Below are positions 58,936 to 64,000 of a DNA stretch of 64,000 bases, piece after piece (positions within the stretch are counted from its first letter, which is position 1; each line of letters begins with the position of its first letter). The position numbers were made by a program, and so were the translations under genes. The notes beneath the pieces were generated by a model. It ran no database searches, was not told where the DNA came from, and worked only from the letters and a program-made list of their open reading frames with translations. The stretch is taken from contig CAWFQK010000009.1 of NCBI GenBank assembly GCA_963817955.1, forward strand, positions 155,973 through 219,972, read 5' to 3'. Origin of the DNA: an uncultured Gemmatimonadaceae bacterium. GTDB taxonomy: Bacteria; Gemmatimonadota; Gemmatimonadetes; Gemmatimonadales; Gemmatimonadaceae.

Positions 58936-59658
58936 ATGTTCGACAACCTCATCGAGTCAAACGCAAGAAAGCAGAAGCGTACGGGCGGTGCCCTTGCGAG
59001 CACGGTCCTGCATGCCGTCCTGATCACTGGGGCGGTGTTCGGCACCTTGCACGCAAGTCAGGAGCTGGACAAACCGAAAGCGGAGAAAGTCGAGTTCGTT
59101 CAAGTGAAGAAGGACGAGCCGCCTCCGCCCAAGGATCAGCCCAAGCCGCCCCCGCCGGACGTGGTCATGAAGGCACCGCCGCCGAAAGGCTTCCAGGTGC
59201 TGACCGCGCCGATCAAGATCCCTGATGTACTCCCTAAGATTGACCTCTCCCAGAAGGTCACGAACGAGGAGGACTTCAGCGGGAAGGGCGTCGCCGGCGG
59301 TATCAGCAAGGGCGTCGTCGGTGGCACGCCACAGCCCGTGAATGACAACCAGACGTACTACAACTTCCAGGTCGAAAAGCAGGTGTCGCCAGCGCCGGGC
59401 AATTCTGCGCCACGGTATCCCGACATGCTGCGCTCGGCCAACGTCGAAGGGGAAGTGCTCGCCCAGTTCGTGGTCGATACGACGGGCCGCGCCGACATGA
59501 GCACGTTCAAGGCGCTCAAGGCGACGCACGACCTGTTCATCAACGCCGTCAAGGCGTCGCTGCCGAACATGAAGTTCTATCCCGCGGAAGTCGGCGGTCG
59601 CAAGGTGAAGCAACTCGTTCAGATGCCGTTCCAGTTCTCACTCACCAAGTCAGAGTAA
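58936..59658 (+). CDS. tonB: TonB-family energy transducer
   Basis: STVLH TM motif, Pro-rich linker, YP..VEGEVLAQFVVD C-terminal domain. Confidence 0.85.
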   Translation: MFDNLIESNARKQKRTGGALASTVLHAVLITGAVFGTLHASQELDKPKAEKVEFVQVKKDEPPPPKDQPKPPPPDVVMKAPPPKGFQVLTAPIKIPDVLPKIDLSQKVTNEEDFSGKGVAGGISKGVVGGTPQPVNDNQTYYNFQVEKQVSPAPGNSAPRYPDMLRSANVEGEVLAQFVVDTTGRADMSTFKALKATHDLFINAVKASLPNMKFYPAEVGGRKVKQLVQMPFQFSLTKSE

Positions 59659-59677
59659 CCACGGAGACTACGTCGAT

Positions 59678-60412
59678 ATGGATCTCTCCCTTCTTGGCCT
59701 ATGGCACCAGATGGGTATGTTTGCCAAGGGCATTTGTATTGTCATGGCGATCATGTCCATCTACTCGTTGACCGTCATGGTCTCCAAGTGGTGGAGCCTT
59801 CGCAGAGCGCAGAAGGAAACCATCAAGTTCGCGCCAGAGTTCTCGCAGTTCCTCGAGGAAGACAACCTCACCGAAGCCATTCGGCTCGCGGAGAGCTACA
59901 AGAAGTCGCACGTGGCCCTCGTCCTTGGCGGCGCGCTCGGCGAAGTGAAGCCCCTCATCGCCGACGGCTCGGTCACGGTGGCTGACATCAATTCGGCGGA
60001 GCGCGCGGTCGAGCGCAACATGCTGCTCGAGATCACGAACCTGAAGCGCGGCATGGCTGTGCTGGCCACGGTGGGCGCTACGGCGCCGTTCGTCGGACTG
60101 CTCGGAACGACGATGGGTATCGTGAATGCGTTCACGGGAATGGCCGCATCGGGTTCGGGCGGTTTGGCCGCGATTGGCGGTGGTATTGCCGAAGCGCTAA
60201 TCACGACGGCATTCGGTCTGCTCGTCGCGATCCCGGCGGTATGGGCGTACAACTACTTCACCACCAAGATCGACAATCTCACCGCGGAAATGACGTACGT
60301 CTCCAAGGAGATGATTGACTACCTGATCAAGGGGGTCTCCGGCGAGTTCGGTCGTTCGCGCTTCACGCGTGAGTTCAACACCGCTGGTGGCGCCAGCCCG
60401 ATCAATTCCTGA
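59678..60412 (+). CDS. exbB: ExbB/TolQ/MotA proton channel
   Basis: ATAPFVGLLGT, GIAEALITTAFGLLVAIPA. Confidence 0.88.
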   Translation: MDLSLLGLWHQMGMFAKGICIVMAIMSIYSLTVMVSKWWSLRRAQKETIKFAPEFSQFLEEDNLTEAIRLAESYKKSHVALVLGGALGEVKPLIADGSVTVADINSAERAVERNMLLEITNLKRGMAVLATVGATAPFVGLLGTTMGIVNAFTGMAASGSGGLAAIGGGIAEALITTAFGLLVAIPAVWAYNYFTTKIDNLTAEMTYVSKEMIDYLIKGVSGEFGRSRFTREFNTAGGASPINS

Positions 60413-60441
60413 TCGACACTCACCATTGAGGAGGTAGTCCA

Positions 60442-60930
<489 letters not shown>

Positions 60931-61368
60931 ATGGCCATGGCCGCAAGCGGTGGATCGGGCGGGTTGTCGAATGACATCAACGTCACGCCCATGATCGACG
61001 TGCTCCTCGTGCTGCTCATCATCTTCATGGCCGCGCTGCCGTCAATGCGTAAGGCCATCGACATCCAGCTCCCTGATCCGACGCCCACCGTGGCTCCGGT
61101 GAATTCGGCGTCGAATCAGATCGTGCTGGAGGTCAAGCCGGGCGGTCAGTTCGCGATCAATAGTGAGCCGCAGACAGCGGATCACCTGGGCGCGCGACTG
61201 AAGGAGATTTTTGATCCGCGTCCGGAAAAGGTGATCTTCGTGAAGGGAGTGCCGGGAGTGAAGTACGCGGACGTGATTTTCGCGATGGACGTGGCGCGTG
61301 GTGCTGGCGTCAAGGTCATCGGCGTTCCGCCAAAGGACACGCCGGGCTCGACACCAGCAAAGAAGTGA
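60931..61368 (+). CDS. exbD: ExbD/TolR, second copy
   Basis: INVTPMIDVLLVLLIIFM. Confidence 0.9.
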   Translation: MAMAASGGSGGLSNDINVTPMIDVLLVLLIIFMAALPSMRKAIDIQLPDPTPTVAPVNSASNQIVLEVKPGGQFAINSEPQTADHLGARLKEIFDPRPEKVIFVKGVPGVKYADVIFAMDVARGAGVKVIGVPPKDTPGSTPAKK

Positions 61369-61391
61369 GCTGAACGTCGAGGCGCGTCAGC

Positions 61392-61463
61392 TCATCCTGT
61401 GCATAGCGAAGGATCTCATTCCTACGGGAAGGAGATCCTTCGTTGCATTGCGCCTCCGGATGA
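61392..61463. repeat. REP-like palindromic element
   Basis: TCATCCTG..AGCGAAGGATCTC...GAGATCCTTCG...GGATGA nested inverted repeat. Confidence 0.6.
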
Positions 61464-61515
61464 TCAGGCGGGCGGCGGACGAACCTTTTCGGGGTCGTCC
61501 GCCGTATAACTTCCC

Positions 61516-62409
61516 ATGTCCTCAAGGGCGTCCGCCGTACGTCGGTCATCCCAGATGAACTCACCAGCCGAGCCGCAGCATCCCAACGGGCGGGCCGCCG
61601 TCTCTAGGCGGCCGCTACCGGCGACTGGACTCCCGGCGGCGCGCGAGGATCGGCGTGGTTGGGGCGTATTGTCCGCGCTCGTGCACGTGCTCGTCATTGC
61701 CCTACTGATCGTCCCCATAGCAACGCATACCGGCGATGTGACAGAACGGCCGCAGGGTGCCGGTGGCGTGGGACCGGCAGGCGGCGGCGGCGGGGGACAC
61801 CGCGGCACCGGCGGCATTCAGGAGCGCGTGACCTACGTTCGCGTCACACCGGTACCTGCGGCGACGCCACCTGTGGCGCCACCGGTGATTGTGCCTCCGC
61901 CAGTCGTACAGGTCAAACCAGTGATTCCTCCGCCGGTGCCAAAGGCAGCGGTACCGATGGCTTTGGTGAAGCCAGAGTCGACGGCGGAAGCGCCGAAATC
62001 GGAGGTCACTGCGCCCGTGCCGGGCGCGGGCGGCGGTACGGGCGCCGACGGTACCAACGGGAACGGTCCGGGCCGGGGTGGCGGTGTGGGCTCGGGTATC
62101 GGGACGGGACGCGGCTCTGGTGTCGGGCCGGGGACCGGCGGCGGCGTGCAGGCCAACTACCCGCCCTCCCCCACGGAGCTGTTCATTCCGCCGCTCCCGA
62201 TACCGGACAAGGTGCGTGGCTTCCACCTGGTCGCCGAATACGACGTGGACGAAACGGGCAAGGTGGTGGACCACACATTCACCCCCACGCGGGATGGCGG
62301 CTACAACCGCCGTCTCGAAGAGGTACTGAAAAGCTTCAAGTTTCGCCCAGGAACGAAGCCTGACGGGACGCCAATTCGCATGAAGGCCCAAATCATCTAT
62401 GACTTCTGA
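61516..62409 (+). CDS. TonB-like protein with Gly/Pro-rich linker
   Basis: SALVH TM motif, Pro- and Gly-rich spacer, VDETG...KFRPGTKPDG C-terminal domain. Confidence 0.7.
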   Translation: MSSRASAVRRSSQMNSPAEPQHPNGRAAVSRRPLPATGLPAAREDRRGWGVLSALVHVLVIALLIVPIATHTGDVTERPQGAGGVGPAGGGGGGHRGTGGIQERVTYVRVTPVPAATPPVAPPVIVPPPVVQVKPVIPPPVPKAAVPMALVKPESTAEAPKSEVTAPVPGAGGGTGADGTNGNGPGRGGGVGSGIGTGRGSGVGPGTGGGVQANYPPSPTELFIPPLPIPDKVRGFHLVAEYDVDETGKVVDHTFTPTRDGGYNRRLEEVLKSFKFRPGTKPDGTPIRMKAQIIYDF

Positions 62410-62474
62410 GTAAAACTCGGCGCCACTCTCTAGCCCTGAGCCCTTAGGTTTCATATAATTGCGCGATCCGCTGC

Positions 62475-62506
62475 AGCCCATGATGAATGCACCATGGGCT
62501 TTTTTT
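62475..62506 (+). terminator. Intrinsic terminator between the tonB-like gene and the pyrophosphatase gene
   Basis: AGCCCATG...CATGGGCT followed by T run. Confidence 0.7.
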
Positions 62507-62543
62507 CTGCCCCGCCTCTTCGACCCCCCTAACTGTGAATCTG

Positions 62544-64000
62544 ATGGAGAACGCGTTCCGTCGAGCCCTTATTATCATCCTTGCGTTCGTGATGGCGGTG
62601 CTTGGTGCATCGTCGCATCGCGGTGCGCTGATGGCGCAGCAGCCTGGCCCCGGCGTAACGGTCCAGGGTACCGCGGCAATGCCGCAGGCAGTCTCCCCGC
62701 GCCAGCATGAAGTGGGCGGGGAAGCGAACCTCGTCATTCCTGATCTCAATCAGGTGGAGTTCTTCGGCGTCCAAGGCAAGTCGCTGCTCATGGGCGGTCT
62801 CGTGGTCTGCGCGCTGGGCCTGATCTTCGGCCTCGTGATTTACACCCACTTGAAGAACATGGCCGTACATGCGTCCATGCGCGCAATCTCGGAGCTGATT
62901 TACGAGACGTGCAAGACGTATCTCATCACGCAGGGCAAGTTCATCCTGCTTCTAGAAGTGTTCATCGGTACGGTGATCGCTCTGTACTTTGGTGTGCTGC
63001 AGCACTTTACGGCCACCAAGGTGATCATCATTCTCGCGTTCAGCCTGATCGGCATCGGTGGCAGCTACGGCGTCGCCTGGTTTGGCATTCGCGTGAACAC
63101 CTTCGCCAATTCGCGTACGGCATTCGCCGCGCTGCGCGGCAAGCCATATCCCTGTTACGCGATTCCCCTCAGCGCCGGCATGAGCATCGGCATGTTGCTG
63201 ATCTCGGTCGAGCTGGTGCTGATGCTCTGCATCCTGCTCTTCATTCCAGGCGATTACGCGGGTGCCTGCTTCATCGGATTCGCCATCGGTGAGTCGCTGG
63301 GCGCCGCGGCGCTGCGAATCGCCGGAGGCATCTTCACCAAGATCGCGGACATCGGCGCGGACTTGATGAAGATCGTGTTCAACGTCAAGGAAGACGACGT
63401 TCGCAATCCCGGCGTCATTGCAGATTGCACCGGCGACAACGCCGGCGACTCAGTGGGTCCGAGCGCCGACGGTTTTGAGACGTACGGTGTGACGGGTGTC
63501 GCCCTGATCACGTTCATCGTCCTCGCCGTGCGCGAGCCGCGAGTGCAGGTGCAACTGCTCGTCTGGATCTTCGTGATGCGCATCATGATGGTCATTGCGA
63601 GCGGCACGTCTTACTTGATCAATGCGGCGATCGCCAAGGCGAAATACGCCACGGCCGACAAGATGAACTTCGAAGCACCGCTCACGTTCCTGGTGTGGCT
63701 GACGTCGATCCTGTCTGTGGTGCTGACATATATCGTGTCCTACTTGATGATTCCCAACCTGGGCGACGGGTCGCTCTGGTGGAAGCTGTCGAGCGTGATC
63801 ACGTGCGGAACGCTCGCCGGCGCCATCATCCCCGAATTGGTCAAGGTGTTCACCTCGACTGAGTCGCGCCATGTGAAGGAAGTGGTGACGTCCTCGCGCG
63901 AAGGCGGGCCGTCGCTCAACATTCTGTCGGGCCTCGTGGCCGGCAACTTCAGCGCGTTCTGGCTCGGCATCACGATCATGGGCCTGATGACCGTGGCGTA
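62544..64000 (+). CDS. hppA: Membrane-integral cation-translocating pyrophosphatase (divergent type), 3'-truncated; absent from ORF track because it has no stop in the window
   Basis: Manual translation from ATG 62544: GGEANL..., RIAGGIFTKIADIGADLMKIVFNVKEDDVRNPGVIADCTGDNAGDSVGPSADGFETY. Confidence 0.9.
   Translation, partial: MENAFRRALIIILAFVMAVLGASSHRGALMAQQPGPGVTVQGTAAMPQAVSPRQHEVGGEANLVIPDLNQVEFFGVQGKSLLMGGLVVCALGLIFGLVIYTHLKNMAVHASMRAISELIYETCKTYLITQGKFILLLEVFIGTVIALYFGVLQHFTATKVIIILAFSLIGIGGSYGVAWFGIRVNTFANSRTAFAALRGKPYPCYAIPLSAGMSIGMLLISVELVLMLCILLFIPGDYAGACFIGFAIGESLGAAALRIAGGIFTKIADIGADLMKIVFNVKEDDVRNPGVIADCTGDNAGDSVGPSADGFETYGVTGVALITFIVLAVREPRVQVQLLVWIFVMRIMMVIASGTSYLINAAIAKAKYATADKMNFEAPLTFLVWLTSILSVVLTYIVSYLMIPNLGDGSLWWKLSSVITCGTLAGAIIPELVKVFTSTESRHVKEVVTSSREGGPSLNILSGLVAGNFSAFWLGITIMGLMTVA

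Noticed and set aside
62451..62500. Purine riboswitch suggested by TCATATAAT
   Set aside because: Lacks the conserved P2/P3 loops and the TTTCTACC junction.

Overview
GC-rich bacterial chromosomal window. The gene repertoire and style suggest Gemmatimonadota, which is an inference. Left to right it contains: the 3' part of paaZ; secreted hydrolases (VPS10/BNR protein, M20 amidohydrolase); a ~1.2 kb strictly 21-nt-periodic degenerate array facing a broken helical-protein gene; thrC-thrB; an APC permease; an IS481-family element nested in a larger inverted repeat; an amidohydrolase; an S9 peptidase; an ABC-2 exporter, pdxH and speA; sodA; dedA; an M15-like peptidase; a GH38 / Dpp-type ABC / heparinase II-III / TrmJ / aminotransferase / amidohydrolase-pair locus; a complete actABCDEF (alternative complex III) operon preceded by a Rex-like operator; trxC; tRNA-Ala(TGC); an mtrA/mtrB-type decaheme cytochrome-porin pair; an FKBP; two two-component systems; tonB-exbB-exbD-exbD and a tonB-like gene; and the 5' part of a divergent-type membrane pyrophosphatase. 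Several single-base frameshifts, some in homopolymers, look like long-read assembly errors. The most interesting items are the 21-nt array (a possible hidden heptapeptide-repeat gene) with its partner gene, and the ACIII + MtrAB neighbourhood, a candidate extracellular electron transfer route. All annotation is by eye and no database searches were run.
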